Shown piece after piece: positions 1-12,940 of a stretch of DNA of 64,000 nucleotides. The notes under the pieces are model-generated. The model was not told the DNA's origin. It was given only the letters and a program-made list of their open reading frames with translations, and did not search any database. The translations under genes and the position numbers were made by a program. The first letter of the stretch is position 1, and each line of letters starts with the position of its first letter. The stretch lies in the NCBI GenBank assembly GCA_965113315.1, contig OZ220368.1; one strand, 5' to 3'. This DNA comes from Podarcis vaucheri (taxonomy: Eukaryota).

Positions 1-96
1 CACAACTAGTTCTGTATATATATGCATAAGTTAAGTTCCTTCAGTTTTTGGGTGGAAGTGTTCTTTCACATTGAATATCACTGTCTCCTTCCCCAG

Positions 97-330
97 GTAT
101 TTTCCATTTGGAATAGTGTTCCTTATTGCTGGTAAGATCTTGGAAATGGATGACCCATCAGCCATCGGGAAGAAGCTAGGCTTTTACGCTATTACTGTGG
201 TTTGTGGCCTAGTGGTACATGGACTTTTTATTCTGCCAATGACATATTTCTTCATCACCAAGAAGAACCCCATTGTTTTCATCAGAGGGATTCTTCAAGC
301 CTTGCTTATTGCTCTGGCCACATCATCCAG
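97..330 (+). CDS. SLC1A7: SLC1A7 (EAAT5) coding exon (about exon 7), 234 bp; gene 5' end lies outside the window
   Basis: ccccag| acceptor and |gtacca donor; encodes YFPFGIVFLIAGKILEMDDP...ALLIALATSS, an SLC1/EAAT5 transmembrane region leading into the serine-rich HP1 motif. Confidence 0.97.
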
Positions 331-539
331 GTACCATATAATGAATGAAACACTGGCGCAATTCTACCTTGCACTCCTTATTTTTGTCTAGCTCCCTTAC
401 TCCCAGTTCGCTAAGGCACTCATGCTGCAGGGTCCCCAAATCCAAGTCTCCCAGTCCCTGGATTCTAAACTGTGAGACCGTGACATATACAATCCATCTG
501 ACTACAGCACTGGCATTTTCTCCACCGGCCCCACCATCT

Positions 540-1100
540 CCTCCCTGCCTTGCCCAGAGAATTTTCCTGGATCTGTCAGCGGCTTCAATACCCATACAAT
601 CCTTCAGGATTACTTGGATAGGGGACACTAATCTGCAGTGGGGTTCCTCTTGCCACTTTGGTATGTAGCCAGGTTTGATCTGGAAATCTTCTGCCCATCC
701 CATAGAAATCATCCTTTGTAGTGTCACTAGACAAACAGAAGCTCAAGAAGGGTCCTGGCAAGAAGCCCAATGTTGTACTTTGTGGCCAGTCCCTGCAATA
801 CTTCCCCACATTCCCATAACACAAGAGCTGCTCTACAGATTAACTTCATAATCCAAACTATAAATAGAGAGATCAGGGTCAAACCAGGTGTCTCATACCA
901 GCAGTCTTCTGCAGTTTGAGAAATAGTGCAGCAATGCAAATGGCCAGCATATGTAGTCTTCTTATAAGAACATCCCAATACCCAGTTGGAGATAAAAGTC
1001 CTATGGGGGGGGGTGTTATGTGGTGCTGATGATGCCCTGGTAGAGTTCCAAAGACAGCCATGAGAAGGGCAGAGGTAGTTGTGATAATGGAAGCATTTGC
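540..1100 (+). mobile_element. Degenerate L2-type LINE ORF2 fragment (approximate bounds)
   Basis: ttcctggatctgtcagcggct = FLDLSAA, the L2/CR1 RT LDLSAAFD motif; a DYL.PFQSGF motif also occurs near 1585-1615. Confidence 0.55.
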
Positions 1101-1211
1101 TTTGATTATATTGAGATGGATGACTGCTGGACCTGAGTACATTGTGGGCAAAAGAAAATGCACTCATTCGTCTTATTTTTTTAAAATCAGAGCTATGTTT
1201 TTTGTTTATTA

Positions 1212-1294
1212 GAGCAATATCTTTATTAGGGCAACCAAAACATCAAAAAATAGTGCTCAAGATTTTGAGTTCCTCAGAATTCTTTGTCAGCTTG
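1212..1294 (-). mobile_element. Penelope-like terminal repeat fragment with decayed hammerhead motif
   Basis: Minus strand: caag-CTGACAA-agaattc-tgag-gaactc-AAAA-tcttg ... ctaataaagatatt. Confidence 0.55.
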
Positions 1295-2005
1295 AAGATA
1301 AAAAGACTACAAAAGGGGTGCGGAAAGACCAGTAATGGCTGATCATTCCATTTGTGCCTGCAGCTGCTAAGACTTAAGATGGTATGTGGGAGGCATTTGA
1401 GTTAGGTCATATCAGGTGCTTTGCAGGTTTGGGGTTGCACCCAGGCCTCCTGGAAAAGAGAAAGCACATAATGGCTGATCCCCTATTTCTGCAAGTGTGA
1501 CAACAAGCTGCTACTCAATTCCGTCTCCGTGTTTTTAGGTAACATTAGAGAAGAACTAAGGCTCAGGTTTAAGCACCTCACAGAAGCTGATTATCTATAT
1601 CCATTTCAGTCTGGCTTCTCATTTGGCATTAGGTCATCACAGCTCATATGATGGCAAAAGAAATCCTGAAAGACTTGTTCTCCCTGGTGCATTCCAGAGA
1701 GTGACTACCTGCAGCAGGGCTTCTTCAGCTAGTTATTTGAACTGCACAAAAAATGCAAAATGAATGGAATGAAAGGCAATGAGAGGTAATGACAGTAGAT
1801 AGGAAGCGCAGCTGCATTTTGGGAATGGGGAGAAAGAACACCAACTTTTATTGCCATCTGTTGTTGGCCAGCTCATCCTCCTGAGTACGGCTACAGTCAG
1901 CACTGACCCTGCCAGTAGGACTATAGTTTTTTACGGATGCATCTTGGCAGTGCCACCTGCAGGTTTGAGATAGCCCCCCTACTTCAGACCTTATAGTTTT
2001 GCTGA

Positions 2006-2224
<219 letters not shown>

Positions 2225-2520
2225 TAAAAAAACCAATTCAAAAAGGGGGTCCCATATTTAGGAAGCTTGACTTGCAGATATTTCCTGCAAATCTGCATGC
2301 TGTGCACACTGCTGATACATGATCCAAGCATCCTCATTCATAATTACATATGGGAAAGCGTAGAGTATATTTCTGTGAATTGGTTAGGAATGCACAGTGC
2401 TTTATGGGAAATGAAAGTTTGGATTGGATGCCCCATGGTAAGCCTCTCTGTTAGCATTGTGATGCTTTTATGGGATCAAATTCTAGAGTTGCACATTTAC
2501 CTGGGAGTAATCCTCACTGA

Positions 2521-2673
2521 GGGGGGTGCGGGTGGTGCTGTGGGTTAAACCACAGAGCCTAGGACTTGCCGATCAGAAGGTCGGCGGTTCGAATCCCCGC
2601 AAAGGGTGAGCTCCTGTTGCTCAGTCCCTGCTCCTGCCAACCTCGCAGTTCAAAAGCAAGTCAAAGTGCAAGT
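2521..2673 (+). mobile_element. Sauria (POM-type) SINE, 3'-truncated
   Basis: Same tRNA-derived head as the copies at 22228 and 59800 (ctgtgggttaaaccacagagcctagg...ggttcgaatccccgc). Confidence 0.9.
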
Positions 2674-4002
2674 TGTGAATTTCTAAAATGAAAAAAGCTC
2701 AGGGATCAAATGAGCCTGTGAGCTAAAACATCTGATCTGGAAGCTCTTTCTCATAATTCCAGAAGTGTGTGGCTGCTTGTGGTCACACAGTGGTTAGAGA
2801 AAGACACTCTTCATGCTCCAAGACGTACTGTGATGTACTTATTACTTTGCATGTGCCAGGGCTGAATCCTGGGATGCTAAAGGGCGGACCTGGTGAAGCC
2901 TAGCTTCATAGTTAAGCGCTGTAAATTTCACAAGCTTTTAATGGCTAAGAGTCCAAACTGTGGAGTGGGTAATTTAAACACAGGATGTCTGGTGTTTGGG
3001 ATGGGGATAAAATAGACAGGTTTCCAGTAAAGTAGTGGTAAATGAATTATCAGACCAAAAACAAAACAACTCTCTACTGAATATTTAAATCTGTGTCATT
3101 TCTGGATCCTTCATAATTTTGTTCAGACTGAACCAAAGTAATCAGCTTTATATTAGACTGTGTTTTTATGTAGCTGTGATTTGCCATTTCGGTTCTTGTG
3201 CTCACTGGGATTATTGTTAAGAGCAGGGGGATTCCTGCCATTAATTTTATTGAAATTAATTGCTTTGTTCTATGCTAAATGTCATACTGCCCAGTGTTCA
3301 ACCCAGCCAGACAATTGTCTGGCAGCAGCCAAGTATTAGTATGGCACAATACATGGTTGGTTGGTCTGTTGGTTAGTTTGTTGGTTGCATTCGAGCTTGG
3401 TGGGTCACAAGTTGCACTAAGGTGTAATAAGGTGTGTAAGGTGTATTGAAAACAAGGAACTGGATTCCGACTCTGCAGAAACCTTCTGCTGATGTTATCC
3501 CAATGACTTTCACAGTGTTGCTTAAGAGAATTATTGGGGGCTGTACAGAAGGAGGCAGTCTTTCAAATATTTGAGGCCTAAGTAATTCTGAGCTTTAAAC
3601 ACTAATGTGAGCACCTTGAATTAGGCCTGGAAATGAACTGGCAGCGACATGGCTGGCACGTTAATTGTATTCACACAATATCAAGTCGAGTTTGGCAGCT
3701 TCGTGTGGCGGGACAGCGGCACAAAATTTCCCCATCAATTATTTCTTGTGAAGGAGGGCCCCAATCCAGCTCTAGTAGTGTGAAGCCTGTTGCATGAAAT
3801 GGTTCTGGTGGGCCCCAGATAGGGATGTGCATCACCATTCACATAAAAAAAACAACCCATCCAGCCTATTCAATGGACTTCTGTTCCAGCTCAGTTCAGA
3901 TTGAAGCATATGAGAGTCACTTATAGGTGTGGATCAAATATAAGCATGGAGGAAAACTCTCTGTTGGTTCCAAATATGTGTTCTTCCATGTTAGATCATT
4001 AA

Positions 4003-4167
<165 letters not shown>

Positions 4168-4783
4168 TAAGTAACTGGATGGTGTGGTTTTTTTAGACTT
4201 TTCTTTCATCTTCAAACCAAACTGAATGTGTGACTATTTAACAGCTGCATTCATAGCAACCTACAACACACTGTGAGCTGAAAGGTGCAATAGAGTGTGG
4301 TCATGTCATGAAAGTCACAGAATTGCTTGACTGAATCAAACCAAAGATCTGTAGTACAGGACACTATTGCCAACAGTGGCCAACTAGACGCCCATAAGCA
4401 AGACATGGCAATCATCCTTTGATGAGACATACTGATTGTGAATTCGAAAATTAGATCTAATAGATCATAGATTTTATGATGGGGAGAGGGAAGGAGTTGG
4501 ATCTGGATGGTGGGCTGATTCAAAACTCTGCCACCTTCTGTAGGTCACTTTGATGGGTGGGTGGGGATGCTTACCTGTCAATCACATGACATCAGATGAT
4601 TAAACTGAACCTGTGGCCTGCAAAGGAAGAATACTACACTCTTGATTCTTCATTTCTTTGTTTGTGACCCTGGCTTGAATTAAAAGAAGAATTCATATTG
4701 CAGCTATTCTTACTTGCAGCGTTGGCTTGAATTCAAGCTACAGCTGCAAAGGGAGACATGGGAATGCACTCTGAGTATGTCCC

Positions 4784-4806
4784 TTGTTGTTGTTGTTGTT
4801 GTTGTT

Positions 4807-4853
<47 letters not shown>
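4784..4853. repeat. Compound microsatellite (TTG)n(AAT)n
   Basis: Visible directly in sequence. Confidence 0.95.
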
Positions 4854-4857
<4 letters not shown>

Positions 4858-5295
4858 TTTCTATAACACCCTTCATCCAAAGATCATAGGGCACTTTACA
4901 ACATAAAGCCGTTCTTCATTTTCAGCTGTTATTAATCAATTGTTGAATTTGCTTTCTTTTTCTGTTGCCTCACGGTGACAGGAAAAAGAGCCAAATTCAA
5001 AAAGTGAAATGCCTCTGGCATAGAACTGTGGCATTATGGGAAACCAAAATGGCAGTTAGCAACGCTGCTGTTCACTGCCACTAGGGCTCATGGATGTGGG
5101 AGGGGATTCCCTGGGAGCACTTTGCCGAGGGCTGCCTTTACATCTTTTTTGGCTTACAGCTTTGACAGTGGGACAGGCTGTGACTGTGGGCAGATCTAAA
5201 CACTGCAGTGGCAGATCCATGTTTTCACCCACATATGCATATCTACTTAAAAACATATGAAAACCATTCTGGTTCTACCTAACCTCCATTAAGAT

Positions 5296-5297
5296 GA

Positions 5298-5345
<48 letters not shown>

Positions 5346-5347
5346 AA
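5296..5347. repeat. (GAAA)n microsatellite
   Basis: Visible directly in sequence. Confidence 0.95.
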
Positions 5348-5957
5348 TCAAAACCTGGACCATGCTGATCTTGGACTACCCTTTGCTTTTTTAAGCCAAA
5401 CATCTGGATGTTCCTGGATTTCAGCTTTATGACCCACATCAATATATTAACCAATGTGATTGAGTTTTCAGATGTGCTTGTTTGCATTGGAAAAATAAGG
5501 AAATCACATGATGTGTTTCAGATTGAATGCAGCTCTGCCAAGATGAATTTGACTCGGCTTCAAATAATGTACTAAGAGTAGTTCCAGCTAATACACCTGC
5601 CCTTTCACCTCAATTTTGTATGTTCAAAGCAGCTTAAAAGCTGCATTTTACAAATGTTTCCCTTTCAGTTTTTGCTTGTGAAAATGAAATGGGTTTTATG
5701 ACTACAAACAACCTACGTGCAAAAAAAAATTAAGTGGAAAATATATCATTTTAAAACAAAAATGTTACCAAGAGCTAATACACACAGTAATAGTAACTGC
5801 TTGTAATGGAGAGTCATGTAAACTTCAGTGCCAAACATACTATATCTTCCCCCACTTTATTCCTTTAGCAACTCGAGGGACTGAACTGATCACTTGCAAA
5901 GAGCTTTCTTCCATTGCTCAGTCTACATCAGATGCCCTTCTACTTTCCCCTTCTCAC

Positions 5958-6236
5958 CAGTGGAAGCTGGTCCTTAAGGGCAAATGGAGCACTGCTCCGC
6001 CAACCTCGGTTTGCCATCAGCCAGCTCCCCAACTGCTGGCCTTCCTTCTTACCATCAACCCAACAGGTGGCTCTGGCTGTCAGCTTCCTCCTCCTTAGTC
6101 TCAGCTTTGGTTGTGTAGGACTCAGCAAGGAGACAAACTGAGGACTAGTAGTCTCTGCCCATCATTGGTTATAACTGATACAGTTGGCATCCTTGCTTTT
6201 CGCCCCACCGGTCCTAAAGACCACTAGCCACCACTG
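5958..6236. mobile_element. Non-autonomous hAT-like DNA element, about 279 bp
   Basis: Termini CAGTGGAAGCTGGT / ACTAGCCACCACTG form imperfect TIRs; degenerate 8-bp TSD cttctcac / cctcccac. Confidence 0.6.
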
Positions 6237-7514
6237 CCTCCCACCTTCCTTCTCCTCTCTGAGCTCTCCCCACCACCACGAACATTAAATTAGGGGCCAC
6301 ATTTCCTCAGCCCTGTTTAGCTCAACCAACACACTCCTGGCCCCTGAAAATGTCCGAGTGCCTTTTATTTTCCAAGTGGAATCAGAATGTGTTCTACTCT
6401 CCATCTGGACATGCTTAATGGCTCCTCCTGCTTATGTCTTCTAAAAACACTTACACACAAACACACCATACAAAGTACACTTTCCTTCCTTGTTCTCCTG
6501 TTTTTGTCTTTAAAACACATTCCAGTTTTATTTTTATATCCTTGGCTCAAGATTGCTTCCTTCATTATTCACAAAAGGTCCTTAATATTTCAGGACTGAT
6601 AGAAGTTTCTTTGCAAACTCTTTAAAGCTGCTGCACGGATTCCACACTTTACAGAATTAATTCCAGATCAACTCACTCAAGAGATTTCTGGTGCCATTTA
6701 AATAGAATCCAGAGACCAGAAGTGCAATGTCAGTTGGGGGAAGGAGGTTGATTTAGGGAAATCCGGAGTGAATTTAGCCACTCATCTACCACCCAAATGC
6801 TATTTTGCTCCATGTTTCTTGCTTTAGCATTCCACCATGCATGCCAATATTTAGAATGACAAAGAGGAGAGCAAACAAAATATATAAGAGTTTTTGCCAC
6901 ACTGAAATGACTTTTTTGATCCTTGAAAAAAAAGTACATGGGGGAATTAAATACAAAATGCAGGTGCAGAAGAAGAGACAGTCATGGCATAGAATCACAG
7001 GTTTGGAAGGCACAAAATGTTTTTTTGGGGTGATATCCTTTTACTTTCTTGGCATTCATGGGATGCTTCCAGACTGCCCCTATTTTTGAATGGTTTTAAC
7101 AAACATACCAGAAAATTCTGGTTGATTGGAAGGTCTTGTGGAAGAAACCCACATCCCCCAAAGATTAGGCTTTTTGCAATAAGGAAAGTGATGAGGGTAT
7201 GTACTGGAATGTGTAGGATAACACTTGCTTCGACTCACTGTTGTCTCACCTCCCTGCAAGCAAATTGGGATGAATCTATCATAAGATCAGTTCAAGGTGC
7301 TTCCCTATTTGGTCAAATATGGTGATATATGAATTTACACTCAGTAGGTACCTTTATTTCCTATTCTTCATAACTGGTTGTTTTAGCATGATATCAGATT
7401 ATATTCATGGACTTTTATTTTGCATGGGAGTATAACAGAGAGAAGTCTAAATCTGTGAGCATTTGCATCACAGAAGGAAATGGTGTCCTTAATGCTCCCA
7501 CTGTGTTTTGACAG

Positions 7515-7614
7515 AGACAGATTCCGAACAATGATCAACGTGCTGGGGGATGCTCTGGCTGCTGGAATCATGGCTCACATCTGCAGAAAAGAATTCACCA
7601 AGGATGGGTCTGAG
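7515..7614 (+). CDS. SLC1A7: SLC1A7 coding exon (about exon 10), 100 bp
   Basis: ttttgacag| ... |gtggga; DRFRTMINVLGDALAAGIMAHICRKEFTKDGSE, the substrate-binding TM8 motif; phase consistent with neighbouring exons. Confidence 0.95.
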
Positions 7615-8039
7615 GTGGGAGAAAATTTAACCATGGAGTTATAGTGTTGCACTTCCAACCAAAACAATAATAAAAATGGAATGTAGTGGTAGGCACATTG
7701 TGTGGTGGATTATCAATGTTTGAGGGCTAAACTGTTTGTTTTAAATTATATTCATCCCGTGTTAACAGCCTTTCTTGCACTATATCACTTCAGACTGCAG
7801 ATGAGGACGGCGCAAATACAGGAAGCTGTGTTACACCGTGAGCCGGCAACTTAAGCCGGCATTTAACTTGTGTGCATTCAGCTTTACACACATGGCAAAA
7901 CATAAATAAAAGGGGGCATGGTTCCAGGGGTAAAGGCTTTGGCAGTCCCACCTGCCATTGACCCCTAAGTGCTTTGACCATATGTGATTTTGGCTTTAGG
8001 TGCAATCCCTGGAACATAACCACCGTAAGCTTCAGGTTT

Positions 8040-8200
8040 ACTGTCTTGAGTCAGACATTTGCTGCATCTAGCTTAGCACTGTCTACAATGACTAGCCGTG
8101 GCTCTCCAGGGTTTCAGATGGGACTCAATCAACTTGGAATTGAACCTGGGATATTCTGCATGCAAAGCAGATGCTTAACCACTGAAATATGACCCTCCCC
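8040..8200 (-). mobile_element. Squam3-like tRNA-derived SINE
   Basis: Minus strand gggagggtcatatttcagtggttaagcatctgctttgcatgcag...ggttcaatt...ctgaaaccctggagagcc...tgtagacagtgctaagctagatg; similar to the copy at 20895. Confidence 0.75.
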
Positions 8201-8656
8201 CATGTGTTTAAATGATTCCCCTTACTTCAAAATTCTATGCTTTTGGATAACTATATGTCAGGAAGAAGAGTTCTAGACTAGCCTGCTTTATAGTGTGCCT
8301 TTCAATGTGCAGAAAGTTATTGTTGTTTTAGTGTAGGAACACCCGCACATGCACCACCCCCCTAATCTGAACTGGTACAATTCCAGAAGGGTCATAAATT
8401 TCTGAATTTGTAGCTCCAATCTGGATTGTAGGGATTGTGAGTCCTGCCATTTTGAAACATGGCAATGCCCTATTGGCTTTTGACAGCTGTGTCCCTTGTG
8501 ACCATAAATATGTAATTCTCAACACACAAAAGTGAGTGTGGTTTAATTCCTCTCCAGCTTTTGAAGGCCCCAAGTTTCCATACACGTTAATGATACCACC
8601 TGCAATAGTTTACCATCTCTAAAATAGTAATGGGAATCTCCCTGTTCCATTCATAG

Positions 8657-8893
8657 GTGCCTTTGATCTGTGAAACAAAACCCATCAGTATCCACCAGAT
8701 CATGGCTTACCAGAGAAATGGCTGTGTGAAGAACATGAATGAGCCTCATGGACCTGAACCATCAAAGACATTCCAGCATCAAATACCTGTTCAAGTGGAG
8801 CAAGAAGAAAACCCGACAGAAACTCATACAGAGAAATCTAGCAGTAAGGACCACTGCACTATTGAAATCAATGAACTGGAGACAAATGTGTAA
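8657..8893 (+). CDS. SLC1A7: SLC1A7 terminal coding exon with TAA stop
   Basis: ccattcatag| acceptor; VPLICETKP...HCTIEINELETNV*, the EAAT5-type C-terminus with class I PDZ-binding motif ETNV. Confidence 0.96.
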   Translation: MPLICETKPISIHQIMAYQRNGCVKNMNEPHGPEPSKTFQHQIPVQVEQEENPTETHTEKSSSKDHCTIEINELETNV

Positions 8894-11800
8894 CTGTTAA
8901 TCTGGAGGTATTTGAAACCTAATGACTACCTCACAGCTGGAATTGGGAGACAGCCTTTTGCCTTGGATGGGAAAACATGGAATGACTGCCATGTGCGAAC
9001 TACGGCTGTGAGGCCAGCTGTGAACATCTGTGAAGAAGAAGAAAGAAGGCGTCAACGAGTGTGGGGGTTTTTCAGTAGCTTGGTTGGTTTTGGTACAAAG
9101 GAACTGATCAGTGGACAACTTTGGTTTACCCTAGGCAACCTTATATGACTCTGCTTATGCTGCTCTTTAAAAGAACTCTGACCCCTTTAAAATGATTCAT
9201 AAGAGCTAACCGTCTCACTGTCCTCCTAATCATGAAGATAACGTCAGTATTCACAATTCCTTTATTTCACTGAACAGCTTCAAAATTAACATTAGCCTCA
9301 AAGTAATTTTTTTGCATTCAATTAACAGGGCAACAAATCAAAAAGACATTTATCTTAGTGAAAGGCCAAAGTAATAATATTTCCCATTTGAAATGGGATG
9401 TCATTATTATAAACCTTACAAAATTAAATATGTTTGCACATAGCAACATCAGCTCATGGAGTCTTCCCTCTCCACCAGAGATCATGATCTCTGCAAGGAG
9501 ATCATAAGCATGTGCTTTCATTTTCAGTCAACTGCTGATTGTCATTATATGCAATCCCTGACAAACTGTGGTTAGGGTTTGCTATGGTTTACTGAAAGAA
9601 CTCAACTTTAAACCATGGTTATTGATCCTGGCTTATTTCAATAAACGATAGGAATGCTAACCACAGTTCCTGGTTGGGACATAAAAACAAACCACGGTTA
9701 ATTTAAAATGGAGGGGGATGCTTCCCATCTCCTCCTTGTAGCATGCCAGAGGAGGAAAGAGAAGACTCATATGACTCATGTGTGTCATATGAAACAGTGG
9801 TTCATGTGAATCACACCAGTAAGTTATTATGTAGCAAACCACTCTGAATTGCAATTTAACTCTCCATGCTATCCATTATTCTGTTGAAATATTAGTCTCT
9901 CTGTACTCAGGTTGACTCACTATTCTGTGAGAAGAATTCAAGCACTCTAGATTTGTGCAGTTAAAGTGGTTTAAAGGACCACTTCACATCAAATCCATTT
10001 TTTAAAAAAGAATCAGACCCTTTGCAGTTTGGAAACTGACAGAAATGTATTGAAAAGTGAGGGACGAACAAATAACTAACGGGAAGATGTATAAATCAGG
10101 ATGAATGCAGGACTGATACTCATTTTTGTATAACTGCCCTGCAAATAAGACAGAATGAATACTCAATAAAGGCCACTTATAATCTAAGGTCTGCATAAGC
10201 TTTGTGCAAGCAAACTCAATAAACTGGTTTTCTAAAGGAGCCATATGGCAATTTCATTGCATTTCAGTAGCTGCATTCTCCTATATCACCGTTGGCTGTG
10301 ATGGTAATGACTGAGTACAAAAAAAGGGATCTGTGCAAATCAGGGATTCTCAAAATCCTTTTTTACTTCTTTTGCAATACAGAGTGTTTGTTACTTGGCT
10401 AATCGTTTTTTAAAGTTTTTCATGTGTGTGTTGCCATGTATATTACCTTTTTGGAACTAATGAGAAGGTTGTTTGTTTGTTTCTTTAACAAACCTGTTAT
10501 TTGGAAGAGGGTCTCAAAGGTAGGCATTAAGCTAGTCTACAAATATCCCATCATGTTTGCCTTCCAAGTGCCAGATGTGTGTGCTTCTCTTCTTTTTTCC
10601 TTTGTTTTAAAAAATCTTGTTCCATTCTATAACAGCATCCACAGCATCTAGACTGCAGGAGTCCAAACACACACACAAAGCCTGGTGCTACAGAAGAGTA
10701 CGTAGCGTTCTCTTCTTTGTATAGACTGTATATATATAACATGACGTTTATGGCCCAGATCGTTTGACTAATATAGAGCTTGTGGTCAGAGAGCAGACTA
10801 AACATAGGCTGGGATTCAGTGTACATGACTGGCACATTTTCATTGTAACGCTGTCCTCACTTCCATAGTAAATGTTCTTGTGAACTCCCATCCTTAAACT
10901 TGTTTTTCTGAATTAATAACCATGCTCCACACACACGCACGCACACACTCGGCTAGACCTTCAGCTCCATTCCAAGTATCCAGCCACACATTCCTGTGCT
11001 TCTAATAATGGGAATGGCAGTCATTTGAAGTTGAAGCAGCTTGAAGGATGGGGGAAGACTGTGGCTGTTGCGTAGGCTATGCCAATTTCTCAGTCTAATT
11101 GGCAGAAGGTTATTAGAGGCGGCCAAGACTCCCATAGTCTTGTTGCACAGAAGATGGAATTGATTCCACTCTGAGAGCTAGTGTGATGTAGGGATTGGAT
11201 TCAAGTGACTTTTACTCAGAGTAGGCCCATTGAGATTAATGACCATATTGAACTTAATTTCAGTGGGTTTCTTCTGAGTAAAAGTTAGGTGTCTACAACC
11301 TTAGGATTGTGACTGAGGAGAGTTGGGTTCAAATGCCTCTCACTCCGGAAGCTTTATAGCTAGGGTTGGGCCATTTGGTGTCACCCAGCCTAAAAAAATT
11401 CTTGAGATTAGAAAGGTGGGGAGGAACCAAGTGTGCCACCTAGAGCTCCTTAGAAAGGCAGAATAAAAATGTATTAGAAACCTAGCAGGTGACGTAGCTT
11501 TATTCTTGCCCCCTGCATGACAAGGTACATCTGCCAAAATTCTCCTCTGCACAACTGTTAAAAGTGTGGGAACCCTTTTCTCTTCTGCCTCTGGGCAGCA
11601 GATGTGGGATCAGCAGGTTCATCTGGTAGGCCGTGACTTAGGATCGGATTCTGAAGAAGAGGTGACTGAGTGATTGGAAAGCTGCCTGCTTCTGAGACTG
11701 GAAGCTATTCTCCTTTTCAGTGCCTGCTTTGGAGAAGAGAGGTCCTTCACAGAAGATTGTTTCCCTAAACCCTTCTGTTCACTTTGAGCTGACTTCACAG

Positions 11801-12228
11801 TTCTCTCTGCATCTGCTTTCGTTCTCTTTTATTTCACTTCTCCTTCCTTTCTTTAAAAAAAACTTTCTCACGGATCACTCACTATGCTGGCATTTTGCTG
11901 GTCTCCCACCCCTGCCTTATTCCTTCATTGGAGGGAGGGAGGAACTTTTATGTCACATCGTTTGATGAGAAATAGAGACGGGGCCTTTGGGGGAAGGAGG
12001 AAACAATGACACAATCTTTGCCACATCAGAGCCACCCCTAACATTTTTATATTGGTGGGAATTTGCTGTGGACCCTGGCTTCTTATTTTTTTATATAGGT
12101 TGAGATACTTTAAGAATGTTTTCTTTATTTCTTGAATCCTTAAATTATAAAACAACTCTCCCTGTACAACCAGTATGACCAATTGTACCATATATTGATT
12201 ACCAGTGTTTTCAATGGGAAATGTTTTT

Positions 12229-12234
12229 AATAAA
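12229..12234 (+). terminator. Candidate SLC1A7 polyadenylation signal
   Basis: AATAAA in an AU-rich context followed by a GU-rich stretch (ccgttgtgaagaggtttgcctatgtg); other AATAAA hexamers also occur in the UTR. Confidence 0.4.
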
Positions 12235-12940
12235 CATACCGTTGTGAAGAGGTTTGCCTATGTGCTACTTAAATGAGATGATTTTTCACCTTCAAACAGA
12301 GATTAATATTGTCAGATATCTGACAAGATGTTCTACAGCTCTTGAATTAGATATTTTGAATATAGCTTTCAAATTTGCATTCTCAAAGAGGATTTATTAT
12401 TATTATTATTGGAAAATTTAAATTTGAATACTTTGGACATGTTGCCATCTCTCAATTGTCTTGATCTTTGCAGGGTTTGCATATGAAATCTAACAAGTTT
12501 TCAGATACTACATATAATTACATGTTAATGAAATGATGTCAGATTAATACCATTGCATCATAACTACCAAATATTTTTCAATATTAAAAGCTACTGTTTG
12601 CCAACAATCAAATACAGTTAAATGTTATATACCAAGTGGTTTTCAGAGTGTTTCTGGGGAACCTTGAGTTCCTCAACGAGCAGATAACTACTGGGGGACA
12701 AAATAAATTTGTGTACATAACTACTAATTTTCCAGTGGCGTGTACAGTTGTAAGAGAATGCTAGATGTATTCTAACACACATTCTCAGTTAACAGTGGAC
12801 AGTAGTGAGGCCCAACAGTGGCCCAGGTGAACTGAGTGCGCTCTTGGACATGACCCAGATCATTCTAGAATATGCAAGAACTTTTTTGGTTGATGCAGAG
12901 AAAGTTGCCTGAATTGTGAGATACCATTGCATAGGACAGC

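Noticed and set aside
727-1167. 146-aa minus-strand ORF, and most other ORFs of 60-170 aa in the track (e.g. 50472..50975, 60127..60600)
   Set aside because: No recognisable domain, often non-ATG starts, and they overlap L2, MITE or SINE debris or simple repeats; expected by chance in intronic DNA
7769-7804. Resemblance of PFLHYITSDCR to the GLT-1b tail PFPFLDIETCI
   Set aside because: Only 3 of 11 identities, no PDZ-type ending, and not the homologous intron; treated as coincidence
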